Source of the DNA: Octopus sinensis
Lineage: Eukaryota
Direction of reading: 5' to 3'
Assembly: GCF_006345805.1 (NCBI RefSeq)
Contig: NC_043001.1
Span: 46,376,001 to 46,440,000 of the forward strand
DNA length: 64,000 nucleotides
Below are positions 1 through 12,420 of the stretch, piece after piece (position 1 is the first letter of the stretch; each line of letters opens with the position of its first letter). The position numbers were made by a program, and so were the translations under genes. The notes under the pieces are model-generated. The model saw only the letters and a list, made by a program, of their open reading frames with translations, made no database searches and was not told the DNA's origin.

Positions 1-579
1 TGGATTTTGGTGACATTTTATTGCTTCTATTTGTTTCAAGAACGGGCTTAGCTTGAGTGGGAAATCGTTATTATAAATTCTACATTATACATCATACAAA
101 AAAAGTTACTTTCAAGGGCGTCTAAATCTTTATTGTGTTAGGCACATCTGGGATTTGAAACTGAGACCATGCTCTTCTTATATGGTTTTGTTATCTCTTT
201 GCTCATAAATGCAAAAATAAATAAATAAATAGATAAAGAAATGCAAAAATACATTCCATCCCATATATTTTATCATCCTTTCTGTTTTATGGCGTGTACT
301 TTCATGTAGGGTTTCTGTGGTTAAATCAGGATATTTTCCATAGAGAAGTTCAGACGTAAATATATTCTTCGTTGGCATTCTGTGTTTACAAGCAATGAAA
401 ATGCTCTTTTATATAATAGCTATAGTATATTTTTTCTCAATCTGTTCATGTTTGCAGTTGAGCAAGAAGGTCGTCTGGACGAAATTTAGATCCAGTAGTG
501 TAATCCAGTTAATGACAAACACATACTGAACTGTATACATTATAGGGTGTATCAGGCACGTTTTATAATTTATAATATG

Positions 580-954
580 TATATAGTTGGAATTTACAAA
601 AGACGAAGACAGGTGTATAAACAACAAACAGGTGTATTAGTTTAATGCTCGGGAAGGTGAGATACTCTTCTACGTTTCGAGTCTACGCTCTTCAACAGAA
701 AGGAACACGAGAAAATAAACAGAAACTAAAGAACGCTTTAGTGGCTAGCGGTCGATCATGGCTGGACGGAGATATACATGCATATATGGGTACAGGACAT
801 CACCAACGGTTCAGACAACATGAAATACGTAAGCAAACTGGTTAAATACACAGACGAGAAAAAAAATGGAGAACAGGACAACTAAACACAGAGAAAGGAC
901 TCTTCATCAGTTGTCGGCAGTCCACCTACTCTTCATTTCGAGCATATATCTATA

Positions 955-960
<6 letters not shown>
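580..960 (-). mobile_element. Short non-autonomous Penelope-like element (family F1) with a terminal hammerhead-like motif
   Basis: Its 3' ~230 nt match the sequence downstream of the GIY-YIG fragment at 40560-40750. Partial copies at 9410-9570, 16835-16910, 17430-17575, 22830-23010 and 54334-54480. Confidence 0.65.
667..702 (-). ncRNA. Minimal type I hammerhead-like motif, variant core CUGUUGA (family F1)
   Basis: Minus strand CTTT-CTGTTGA-A-GAG(CGTAGA)CTC-GAAACGTA-GAAG. Stems I and II pair and ACGT is a palindromic stem III. A6 is replaced by U. Confidence 0.45.
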
Positions 961-1036
<76 letters not shown>

Positions 1037-1215
1037 TACATACATACATAGACAGATAGATAGATAGATAGATAAATAGATACATACATACATAGATACG
1101 TACAAATACACATACATACATACATACAAATATACATACATATGCATACATGGCACTTTATGAGTGTGAAACCAATGGTTACTCTGACAGGCTATAATTT
1201 TTAACTTCCTAAAAT

Positions 1216-1270
<55 letters not shown>
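940..1270. repeat. Compound microsatellite (CT)n/(TA)n/(GA)n/(TAGA)n/(TACA)n/(CA)n
   Basis: Directly visible. Confidence 0.95.
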
Positions 1271-1273
<3 letters not shown>

Positions 1274-2007
1274 CAAAAAATTATAAAGAATACGGAGAAA
1301 AGTACATCATCAATTTGTTTTTCTTAATTTTATAGTTGGTCATGCAACATAATCCTTTGGTTACAATATATAGATACATTCACACGCGAACACACACACA
1401 CATGTATGTGTGTGTGTGCGTGCGCGTAGGTACGTAAGGGCGTTTGTGAATTTGTTTGCATGAGTATGCGTGAGTGTTTGTGCTTGAATTTGTATGTAAG
1501 AAAAAGAAAGCATTATTTTTTTTTGTTCCAGAACTACTGCGAAAGTTCACTGAAGATCGCTGCTTTTGAAATTACAAAGCGCTAGCATGAAACTATAGTA
1601 AAAGAGTAACAACAGGGACTAAACTATATAACTGCATTCTACTCTGCGTTTGTATGGAACACTTTAGTTTTCGATATTTATGACACAAAAGGGAAAAAAA
1701 TATTAGAACCACAAACTAGACTATATAAATATCAGCAAATTCAATTAGATAGCATGAAAATATCCCAGTGAGAAAGAAAAAGAGAAAATATTCAACATAG
1801 TTTCCTATTTTTGAAGTAACATTTTACTGGTGCAGTGCTACAGCTTCGTTTCTTAGTTTTATACCACCCACTTCTTTACAGAAAGGATTGAAAGTATAAC
1901 AAAAGATATAGACACCCCACTCTACCATGCGTACGCACACACACGTATAAGTACGTGTGTATGTATGTATGTATGTATGTACGTATGTATGCATGGATGT
2001 ATGTATG

Positions 2008-2055
<48 letters not shown>

Positions 2056-2083
2056 TATACATACATACATACATACATACATA

Positions 2084-2278
2084 TTCACTTGTTTCAGTCA
2101 TTAGACTGCGGCCATGTTGGAGCACGGCCTTGAAGAATTTTAGTCGAATGAATCGACTCCAGTACTTAGTATTTTTGTAAAGCCTGGTACTTATTTTATC
2201 GGTCTCTTTTACCGAAGTGTGATGTTACGGGGGACGTAAACACACCAACACCGGTGATGGGGTACATATACAGACACA
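2084..2278 (-). mobile_element. SINE family A, 3' part
   Basis: cttgtttcagtcattagactgcggccatg...gtaaacacacc matches the full-length copies. Confidence 0.85.
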
Positions 2279-2667
2279 TGGATCCCCCATATATATTTAT
2301 ATGTGTGTATGTATGTATATATATGTGTGTATATATCTATCTATAATAATATATATGTATACATATATATATATGTATATATATATATATAAATCATCCA
2401 TTTTTCTTTTTGTATAGTAACAGGGGTTTCACAATCTGTTGTGTCTGGTTCCTTTCCGTTTTAAAATAAATACTATCCGAGGTGTTTTCGACGAAAATAG
2501 CGTAGTCCCTCCCACCCAGCTCTCTACCTTTTACTCTTCAATGCGATTGAAAACGGAAAGTATGAAAGAAAGAAAGAAAGAATTAATGAAAGAAAACGAC
2601 TCTTTTAAAAAAACAAAATCTTGTTTCTTCTTGGAATCCCAGCGAAGTGAAATTAAAGAAATATCTT

Positions 2668-2737
2668 AATAATAATAACAATAATAATAATAATAATAAT
2701 AATGATAATAATTATAATAAAAGTAATAATAATAATA

Positions 2738-2772
<35 letters not shown>

Positions 2773-2788
2773 GTATAATAATGATATG

Positions 2789-2827
<39 letters not shown>

Positions 2828-3010
2828 TAATAATAAGAAGAAGAGAGAAGAAGAGAAGAAGAGGAGAAGGAGAAGAAGAAGAAAAAGAAGAAGAAGAAGA
2901 AGAAGAGAAGAAGAAGAAAGAACAAAACCAACAACAACACCAATAATAACAACAACAATAACAATAATAGAAACATCAACAACGACAGCAAGAACAACAA
3001 CCCAAGTACA
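2668..3010. repeat. (AAT)n/(AAG)n/(AAC)n trinucleotide repeats
   Basis: Directly visible. Confidence 0.95.
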
Positions 3011-3619
3011 AAAACAAACATGAATGAAAAGTATCGTCAGTGTATTTAAGATGTCGTTGAATAGTCTAGCTTAGCGCTGTGTGTTTCAAAATGACAGATG
3101 GCAGTAGGCGTAGAATTGCGAATAGATCAGCTTGAGGAGTCAGTGAGTCTGCGAGACTGCATGTCTGCAAGTCATGTTTGATAAGAAAATGTTATAAAAC
3201 AAAAAGACGAACGAAAAACAAAATGTCGGCTGAGTGAAATAAAAATAAATAAGTAAATAAAAAGTAAAAAAAAATTTTTTTTTAAATACAAAGATGTATT
3301 CATACTACAAGTGTTTGTTTCTGTCGACTTCCGGTTGATGCTATTTTTGTAATATAACAACTTGATTATTACATAGGATGACACCCTCCTCTCCTCACAC
3401 ATATGCATTAATAGTGGCATAGATGCATGGATTCATGTATTACGTTCTTTCTTAAGCATATAGACACCTATATACGTACATACATAGATACATAGATATA
3501 TACATACATACACAAGAATATTAGATTTATTTTTCCTATTTGAGGTAGCATTTAACATTATTTCAATGAATATGCTTCCTTACTAATGGAACACATATAC
3601 CTATTGATTTACCTGGAAT

Positions 3620-3690
<71 letters not shown>

Positions 3691-3875
3691 CCTTTTATTC
3701 TTTTTATTTTTTATTTTATTTATTTTTTTTGTTCTTTTCTTCCCTTTTACGATCCCTCTTGATCGAAAACCTTTTTTTTTCTTTTGTTTCTTTGTTTTTT
3801 TCATCCCCCAAAAGAAAAGCTCTACTTTGTAACTTGTCCCATCTGTGTGCAGCCCTGTGTGGCCAATAAAGAAAC

Positions 3876-3938
<63 letters not shown>

Positions 3939-4161
3939 CCTGTCTGTCTGTCTGTCTGTCTACCCCTCTCCCTCTCAGTTTCAGTTTCGATAAAAACACG
4001 ATATCCTCTACAACATGTATTGAGTACCCTCTATCATCACCCGACATAAACTAACGTATATATGTATATATATATATATGTGTGTGCGGTGTATATATGC
4101 ATGCGTACGTTACGTTATGTGGGCGAATGATACACACACCACACACACACACCACACACAT

Positions 4162-4238
<77 letters not shown>

Positions 4239-4479
4239 ATATATATATATATATATATCAGCAGCGTATAAGGTAAGATCCAGGGATCCAAGTGTAGGAA
4301 GTTTATAAGCTTCAAGCAGTCATTGGCCAGTATCGAAAACAAAAAGTGGACAGTAGGCGGTCAGGAACAATAAAAATTTATTGACGTCACGGGTTGGACA
4401 CTTTTCCCATATCAAAGTATAGCTCAACTAGAGTTATTGAACTATACAAATACTTATACGTATTTGTATAGGTATAAAA

Positions 4480-5330
4480 ATCATACATACACACATACAT
4501 GAAAATGCATGCGTGTGCATGTGTGTGTATGTATATACATGCGCGCGAACTCATATACATACATACATACATACATACATACATACATACATACATGCAT
4601 ACATACATGCATACATGCATACATACATACATACATACATACATATACATACATACATACATACATGCATACATGCATAATCATACATACATACATACAT
4701 ACATACATACTACATACATACATACATGCATACATACATGCATACATGCATACATGCTACATACATACATACAACTACATACATACATACATACATACAT
4801 GCATAATGCATACATGCATACATACAACATACATACATACATACATACATACATACATACATGCATACATACATGCATACATGCATACATATACATACAC
4901 ATACATACATACATGCATATGCATACATGCATACATATACATACATACATACATACATCATACATACATACATACATGCATACATACATGCATACATGCA
5001 TACATGCATACATACATACATACATACATACATGCATAATGCATACATACATACATACATACATACATACATACATACATACATACATGCATACATGCAT
5101 ACATGCTACATACATACATACATACATACTACATACATACATACATACATGCATACATGCATCATACATACATACATACATACATACATACATGCATATG
5201 CATACATGCATGCATACATGCATACATGCATACATACAACATACATAATGCATCATCATGCATACATACATACATACATACATACATACATACATACACA
5301 CACACATACATACATACATACATACATACA

Positions 5331-5360
<30 letters not shown>
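4480..5360. repeat. ~880-bp (TACA)n/(TGCA)n compound tetranucleotide repeat
   Basis: Directly visible. It is the source of the YIHT/VCMY pseudo-ORFs. Confidence 0.95.
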
Positions 5361-5361
<1 letters not shown>

Positions 5362-5479
5362 CACTCTTTCGAGATACTTAATATACCAAATTCGACTATG
5401 AAAACCGGTGTTTGTTTTTCTGTCTTGCAATTGTAGTTAGCCTGAAGAGATGATTAATAGAACTTTCATTTAATATCGT

Positions 5480-5811
5480 ATAGATTTTCATGTTGATTGG
5501 GGGTCTGCGTAAGATTTTAGTATGTTGGGGTCCACGGACAAATTTTACTTTAGATATATTTATTATAAGAAACAGCTAGTTTCTTTATCTAATGCTTAAC
5601 ATAGTTTAACATCTTTCTGGCCACTGAAACATGTTCTGTTAGAGAGTATTACTGCAAACCTACACAAGTGAATGGGAGAAAAACAAAATTGGAATTTTGA
5701 AAGAATCATCTATAAAGCTAGTTTTTAAACTTCGAATGGCTATGGGTGTCCACCAGAATAAAGTAGTAATCAAAGGAGTACATAAGAGGAAAATGGTTGA
5801 GAAACAATGAT
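5480..5811 (+). mobile_element. hAT-type MITE, right part
   Basis: Similar to 42071-42423 and ends in ggttgagaaacaatg, a degenerate TIR. No left TIR seen. Confidence 0.55.
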
Positions 5812-5942
5812 GTAAAGAATTTTACCGATTATCGAAAAGATCATGACTGACTCAAACATATAATACTATGCTCATCATTCCTTGTGCGTGTATCTGCGTG
5901 TGTGTGTGGTGTGTGGTATGTGCGTGCGCGTATGTGTGTGTG

Positions 5943-5980
<38 letters not shown>

Positions 5981-6413
5981 TTCAACACCGAACTCATGAA
6001 AATCGCCAAAATAATGACAGGACAAACTTAAGCACTCGTTTTTATATTACCACAGAGCCAAACATTTTCAGCGACATTACATATTCAACAGAATGGAGAG
6101 CAGTTAATTTCTGGTATTTGGTTTGTTGCCTCTGGAAAAATGGAGCAAAAAAATATCCACATCGGAGAAATAAGAATTCAGAGACTTTGGCGCACGAATG
6201 CTCAAACAGAGTCCTCGGGTTTGAAAAATTATAATTTAAGATTTCACAAAACCCATAGGATGATGCTAGGGAATTTTGAAAAATATATAGTTCATAAGTT
6301 TGTTAAAACTTAAGTATAATTAATAAAACAATTAGATTTCTATATATTTTTCCAAATTTCTAACTTTAAACCGTGCTATTATACTTCAACTTTCCATATA
6401 AAATGTGCTATTA

Positions 6414-6668
6414 TATTGGGTTGGTAGGTAAATCTGTTGGATTTTATCCCCCACCCACCATTTATTTAATTCTTTATTCAATTATTTGAATTAATATGAA
6501 AAATATTTTACCATAGTATTGTAGTGTTTTTGTTTTTTGTAGTTCTATTCTTCCTCCACAACTTTTGTTAATCGTTTTGGAATTTTGAATAAATTTGATC
6601 TCTTTTCAAACATATGATGGTAGAGTGCCAAATGGGTGAAAAAAACGAATTTATCTGACAACCCAATA
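6414..6668. mobile_element. Mariner-derived MITE
   Basis: TIRs TAttgggttggtaggtaaat / atttatctgacaacccaaTA with a TA target duplication. Confidence 0.7.
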
Positions 6669-6957
6669 TTTCAACTTTCCATATGGAGTGTGTCAGTAAT
6701 TATTTTAATATATATATATATATTTTAATCTCCATTGCTAAAAAGCTTAGTATTTCATTTACTGTAGACAGACATAAAACAAGGACTGAAATTTGGGGCT
6801 AGGTTATAGCCGGTATTTATTACGTCGGCCAGGGAATGATAAAAAGGTTAAGTTGGTCTCGTTGAGATTTGAACTCAGAGCGAAAAAAGTCCAAAGTGAA
6901 TACCACAACGCCTTAATTTCTTTTGAAGTCTCAAAGCCAGAAATTCAGAGAGATATG

Positions 6958-7178
6958 TTCGAGGGGTTACTGAAAAGTTTCTGGTTTTAAGAGTATCTCG
7001 AAAGGCTTGGTTGAAAGTTCAACCTTCCGAATTATTTTACAGGATTTAGAAAAACTGAAGAACCGCAGCAATAAGCGTGTGAATCTGAGAGGGGAATATG
7101 TTGAATAAAATTATAATTAACTGATCTTCTTGTATTTTCTGTTACCAAAAGCCAGGAACTTTTCAGCACCCCTTCGTA
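6958..7178 (+). mobile_element. Mariner-derived MITE containing the transposase C-terminus (NLRGEYVE*)
   Basis: TIRs cgaggggttactgaaaagtttctgg / ccaggaacttttcagcaccccttcgta. Internal ctgagaggggaatatgttgaataa. Confidence 0.85.
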
Positions 7179-7487
7179 AGAGCTGATAATACCGACTACA
7201 GTACTTGATTGGTACTTTATTTACTCAAACTCGGAAGGATGAAAGTCAAAGAAAAAAATTAACAATATATATAAAAAATAATAATAAATGTTATGACATA
7301 TGGGAAGCTTGTGCAAGAACATAGTAAAAATGCGGATTCTATCCGTAATTTTGGGAGTCCCAAAACCGTAACAGGTATTTTGTCACGTATGGACATGATC
7401 CACAAAGTTCAGTTCTTGAATTTAGACATGTAGCGGGGTCCAAGGATCTTTTCCAGATGAGCCACAAAGACCGCACTTACCACTACT

Positions 7488-7649
7488 GGAAGGTAAGAAG
7501 TTTGTTTCCCAATGACATAGTCCCGGGTTCAGTCCTACTGCGTGGCACCATAGGCAAGAGTCTCATACTATATAGTCCCTAGTCGACCAAAGCCTTGTGA
7601 GTGAATTTGCTAGACGGAAACTGAAACAAACCCGTGGAGCATATATCTA

Positions 7650-7688
<39 letters not shown>

Positions 7689-7692
7689 TATC

Positions 7693-7734
<42 letters not shown>

Positions 7735-7779
7735 TCTATCTATCTATCTTCTATCTATCTATCTATCTATCTATCTATC

Positions 7780-7818
<39 letters not shown>

Positions 7819-7989
7819 ATCTATCTATCTATCTATCTATCTATCTAATCTATCTATCTATCTATCTATCGATCTATCTATCTATCGATCTATCTATCTA
7901 TCTATCTATCTATTATCTATCTATCTATATCTATCTATCTATCTATCTCTATCTATCTATCTAATCTATCTATCTATCTATATATATAT

Positions 7990-8020
<31 letters not shown>

Positions 8021-8255
8021 CTTTTATCTTTTGCTTTAGCTATCAGACTGCGGTCATATATCTGCGTTTGTCCAGTACCACCGCTAGACAACCGGTGTTG
8101 ATGTGTTTACGTCCCAGAAATTTAGTGGTGTTCTGCAAAAGAGACCGCTAGAATAAACACAAGGCTTTAAAAAAATAGGTACTAGGGTTTATTTCGATTA
8201 GAACCCTTCAAGGCAGTGCCCCAGCATGTTCACAGTCTACTGACTGAAACAAACA
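7488..8255 (+). mobile_element. SINE family A with an internal ~380-bp (TATC)n/(TA)n expansion
   Basis: B-box head (gggttcagtcc) at about 7525 and 3' tail (ggcagtgccccagcatg...gactgaaac) at about 8215-8250, split by the microsatellite. Confidence 0.75.
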
Positions 8256-8493
8256 AAAAATAAACACACACACACACAAATATATATTCGTCTTGCTTGC
8301 GTTTACTAACACAATCTCACAAATGGCTTAAATTTTTGCTAGGTTATTTTAGAAAAGATAGTGACAGCTGGTCCAGGAATGATGATTCGTTTAGAATTGT
8401 TACATGTAAGCACTTCAGAAAACGGTTCGTGTCGAGCTTCATGAAAATACGCAACAAGAATACGCAAGATAGGTATGTATGTTCGTATGTATG

Positions 8494-8713
8494 TACGGGG
8501 TGGTGCTGAAAAGTTCCCGGCTTTGGGTAAAAGAAAGTACAAGAGGATCAGTTAATTATGATTTTATTCAACATATTCCCCTCTCAGATTCACACACTTA
8601 TTGCAGCTGTCCTTTAGTTTTTCTAAGCCCTGTAAAAGAACTAGGAGGGTTGGGACTCCAAACAGGCCTTTCACGACATCCTTGAAACCAAGAACTTTTC
8701 AGCATCCCTCGTG
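8494..8713 (-). mobile_element. Mariner-derived MITE, same family as 6958-7178, opposite orientation
   Basis: TIRs tacggggtggtgctgaaaagttcccgg / ccaagaacttttcagcatccctcgtg. Internal ttattcaacatattcccctctcag. Confidence 0.85.
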
Positions 8714-8919
8714 TGTATATTTGTATGTATGTATGCTTGTATGCATGTATGCTTGTGTGCATGTATGTATGTTTATACATAGAGAGTATACAAGTTTTCG
8801 TCAACCTACATAATGTAATAAGTATGTAGTATGAGTGCTCACTTTGGTCCCACCACTAAAAGTCCGGCTTGAGCTGCAACTCAACATGTGGTGTTGAGTA
8901 TGCATGCATACACACATAC

Positions 8920-8979
8920 TAGTGGTTAGGATTCATGGCTTTCACCCAGGCGGCCCGGGTTCAATTCCCGACATGGGAA
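8920..8979 (+). pseudogene. 5'-truncated tRNA-Glu(TTC)-derived sequence heading a retroposed chimera
   Basis: tagtggttaggattcatggctTTCacccaggcggcccgggttcaattcccgacatgggaa matches animal tRNA-Glu(TTC) from the D arm to the discriminator base. Anticodon at 8941-8943. The first ~11 nt are missing and there is no CCA. Confidence 0.85.
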
Positions 8980-9055
8980 ACGTTAATTTTAATTAATGGC
9001 GGTGCCCCAGCATGGCCACAGCTCGTGAGCTGAAACTAGATGAAATGATGAAATG
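8920..9055 (+). mobile_element. tRNA-Glu plus retroposon-tail mini-SINE or chimera
   Basis: tRNA part followed by ggcggtgccccagcatggccacagctcgtgagctgaaactaga(tgaaa)n. The same tail occurs alone at 17576-17632 (minus) and resembles the family A tail. Confidence 0.7.
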
Positions 9056-9614
9056 AATACAGGCGCGAGCGAGCGTGTGTGCGACTGGGAAACCATGTTC
9101 TATTCAAAACATTATACTAATTTACATCATTATTAATAAAATAAAGTTCCATTCCCCTATGCAAAGCTTCAGTTATCTAGTTGCAAAACTGTGGCAAAAC
9201 TGGGGCCTACTATAAGACTCATACAGTTAGACTTGACTGGTATGCAGAAGAGTGAACCCCGTTAAAGGCACCCAACGTGCTAAACCGGACAGCGCGTCAA
9301 TTCTACCACTCTCATATCGTTTCTGTGTGTGTATGTGTATGTGTGTGTGCGCGTACGAGCATTTGTTTTGTGTGTGTGTATACATGTTATATGTATATAT
9401 AGGAAGAATTCACAAAAAAAAACAAAAAAAACAAAAGATGAAGACATGTGGTGTAGACAACAAACAGATGTATTAGTATAACGTTCGGGAAGTGAAAAAG
9501 TGTTTAACGTTTCGACCCTACGTTCTTCCAGAGAAAGGAACACACACAAAAAAAAAAAAGGAGAGAAAATAAAGGAAGTGTAGAGGCTAGTGATCTATAT
9601 ATATAACTATATAA

Positions 9615-9845
9615 GGCGGCGAGCTGGCAGAAACGTTAGCACGCCGGGCGAAATGCGTAGCCGTATTTTGTCTGCCGTTACGTTCTGAGTTCAAATTCCG
9701 CCGAGGTCGACTTTGCCTTTCATTCTTTCGGGGTCGATAAATTAAGTACCAGTTACGCACTGGGGTCGATGTAATCGACTTAATCCGTTTGTCTGTCCTT
9801 GTTTATCCCCTCTGTGTTTAGCCCCTTGTGGGTAGTAAAGAAATA
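9615..9845 (+). mobile_element. SINE family B (tail type B1), full length
   Basis: Head ggcggcgagctggcag, B box gagttcaaattcc, central ctttcattctttcggggtcgataaattaagtaccag. Confidence 0.9.
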
Positions 9846-10156
9846 TATATATATATAACTATATATAAACACTTTATCCAAATGTTTCTTACATGTTTAT
9901 CCAGCAAGTACAAATTTGCAATTTTTATTAGCAATTGAAGCATGTCTAATGGTGAATAAATAATAGCAAGTAAATTTTTCAATCTCCTCTTTTGATATAT
10001 AATAACTGTACAAACAAAATTTTCCAGAATTTTCAACTTTCATATGCACCGCACGTAAATACAACAACTACATATTGATTTGTAACACTGTAATAAGCAA
10101 ATGGGCTTCAAGAGGACAGAACTTGGACTTTACCCTATCTACATATACATATACGC

Positions 10157-10207
<51 letters not shown>

Positions 10208-10208
10208 C

Positions 10209-10242
<34 letters not shown>

Positions 10243-10589
10243 TTTATATACCTATGGACTTACATGTGTGTGTGTGTGTTTGTGCTTTGAGTTCAAATTT
10301 GGTCCAGACCAAATTTGCATTTGTATTCTTCCTTCTGCAGTGGATAAAGTGAGCCATTAGACCATAAGTTAGATTATTTCATGGTAATCATTCTGGCGCT
10401 CTACACGTTGAATGAAATCCGGCTGAGGTCACCCTAACCTTTCGTTTTTTTTCGGTAACAATAAATAAAATGTCAGTCTTTTACTGGGATCGATTCTCTT
10501 TTTTTTTTCTTCGTTTTTCTCATACTTTCCTTTTTTTTTTTTTTTGTACGTGTGTCTGTCTGTTTCTCCGTCTTTCTGTCTGTTGCAAG

Positions 10590-10712
10590 AAATCACTTGT
10601 GAGATGAGCTCCGCTAGATCTAAAAATTTTCAAGATACGCTACATGTTATAATGGCGCCCCCACAACTTCACCGAAGTGTTGAGTGCCCAAAGCAAGACA
10701 AGGCCAAGCTAT
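10590..10712 (+). CDS. Candidate internal exon, phase 1 to 1 (ITCEMSSARSKNFQDTLHVIMAPPQLHRSVECPKQDKAKL)
   Basis: Long pyrimidine tract then gcaag acceptor, 123 nt with only one open frame, donor CTAT|gtaaat. No homology recognised. Confidence 0.25.
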
Positions 10713-10740
10713 GTAAATATCTAGTACTAGTGTCAATATA

Positions 10741-11027
10741 GGCGGAGGCGTTTGGAAGCTTGTTTCCAAACCACATGCTTCTCGGTTCAGTCCCACTGTG
10801 TGGCACCTTCGGCAAGTATCCTCTAATGTAGTCTCGGGTCAACCAAAGCCTTATGTGTGTATTTGGTAGACGGAAACTGAAAGAAGCCCTCCTATATATA
10901 AATATATATATATGTGAGTGTGTGTGTGTTTGGGTTTGTCCCCGCCCACCATTGCTTGACAACCGATGTTAGTGTATTTACGTCCCCGTAATCTAGCGGT
11001 TCGGCAAAAGACCGATAGAATAAGTCC
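10741..11027 (+). mobile_element. SINE family A, 3'-truncated
   Basis: Head, internal TA/TG slot and body match the consensus. Confidence 0.85.
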
Positions 11028-11199
11028 AGCACAAAGTCCATCCCTTGTGATGTGGTCATTGACCCTGAGAGTAATTCTAGCAAAGCCCCTGCTTCATGTA
11101 GGGCCTCTCATGCTAGAGAGGTCAAAGGATAAGAGGCCAGACTTATACGGAGCACCCTTTCACAGAGGTGAAAAGTGTTTAAGTAGAGCCGACATCCTT

Positions 11200-11425
11200 A
11201 CCTAGAAGAAAATCAAAGTTACTGAAGTACCGATGAAAAATCAAAGCTAACGAGATCTGGGAGAAGGCCTTCTCTCGGGGAAACATTAGACAGAATGCAG
11301 CTAAATCCGAAATAAACACGTATCCAACTGGAAAGAAGCTGAAAAAGCGGCCCAGAATTGAGAGCAATGTGGGGGGGGGGGCTCATCAATGGCCTTTGTT
11401 TCATAGGGAGCAAAGGTCTTAAACA
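11200..11425 (+). mobile_element. Degenerate RTE-like LINE 3' end
   Basis: Translation NWKEAEKAAQN*EQ..GLINGLCFIGSKG resembles RTE ORF C-termini. Frameshifted. Confidence 0.4.
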
Positions 11426-11795
11426 AAAACAAAACATTGATTAATACTAGTATCGATACAATTAAGTTTACAATCGATTGTAGTTTTGACTGGCGGTACC
11501 TTGTTGTAGCTACTGAGACGAGAATATGAAAAATATTCATACAACATACTCGCGTGCACGCACGCACACACACACACACACACGCATACATACATACATG
11601 CGTACATACATACTCAGACATACATACCGACATACATACAATAATACATACATACACGCACACAAGCACATACATGTGTACATAGATACGCATGCATACA
11701 CATACATAAATATAATAATACAATTATACACACACACACGTACATATAAAAACATATATGTAACAACAATATATAATGCAATATTTCCAAACACA

Positions 11796-11923
11796 TAGGA
11801 GGTCGATTTTGCGTTTCATCCTTTCGGGGGTCGATAAATTAAGTACCAGTTGCGTACTGGGGTCGATCTAATCGACAGACCCTCTCCCCCAAAATTTCGG
11901 GCCTTGTGCCTGGAGTAGAAAAG
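11796..11923 (+). mobile_element. 5'-truncated SINE family B (tail B2) with a 16-bp target-site duplication
   Basis: TSD aatatttccaaacaca at 11780-11795 and 11924-11939. Confidence 0.85.
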
Positions 11924-12366
11924 AATATTTCCAAACACACATACACACACATGCACCCCCCCCCCACACACACACACACGTTCATGCCGGATTTTTTGTG
12001 TACAACACCGAAATCCCTGTCACTGATGGTCCGGAACCTCATATATTCCGCACTAATTTACGAGTTGGAACTTCAAGTTCCCGCGGCTGTCAGACTGGTT
12101 TAGGGATACATTGGACAAACTTACACCTAGCACAGTATATTATTAATAAACTTGTATCTTTTAAACTAATGTGCAAGTACCTGTATTTCATTTAGTTTAT
12201 AAAAGTAAATTTAATATTTCTTTAATTTTTAAGTGTGTTGATCAAAATGACCACCCCCGGCAGGGAAAAAAAATGTAATCCGGTAAAACTTCGAGACCAA
12301 ATGTTCCAGAAAAAATCGTTGTTGTACCCGTATGAACATGTCATATCATTCGCCCGCCTCTTCTAC

Positions 12367-12420
12367 TTTTTATCCAACAAGTGGAATATTTCACTCGCTT
12401 TGTCGTTACATACTTCTATG
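12367..12420 (-). CDS. Weak candidate exon, phase 2 to 2 (IEVCNDKASEIFHLLDK)
   Basis: Strong acceptor ttttatttctcctcag, weak donor gtagaa, 54 nt. Confidence 0.2.

Noticed and set aside
255-379. Minus-strand exon-like segment (MPTKNIFTSELLYGKYPDL...)
   Set aside because: Splice sites are only moderate, a competing plus-strand exon (310-355) is equally plausible, and no homology was recognised.
900-950. Permuted hammerhead halves GCTC-GAAA...CTGATGA-AG(A/G)GTC at 900-950, 17445-17495 and 54334-54380
   Set aside because: A type II stem II could form, but no stem I complementarity exists in any of the three copies. Not called a ribozyme.
1532-1590. CTGAAGA...GAAA motif and a plus-strand acceptor (ttccag) with short open frames
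   Set aside because: No stem I or II pairing. The exon reading has no supporting partner or homology.
4499-5436. Long ORFs of up to 249 aa (YIHT/VCMY repeats) and similar ORFs throughout the window
   Set aside because: They are translations of stop-free tetra- and dinucleotide microsatellites, open on both strands.
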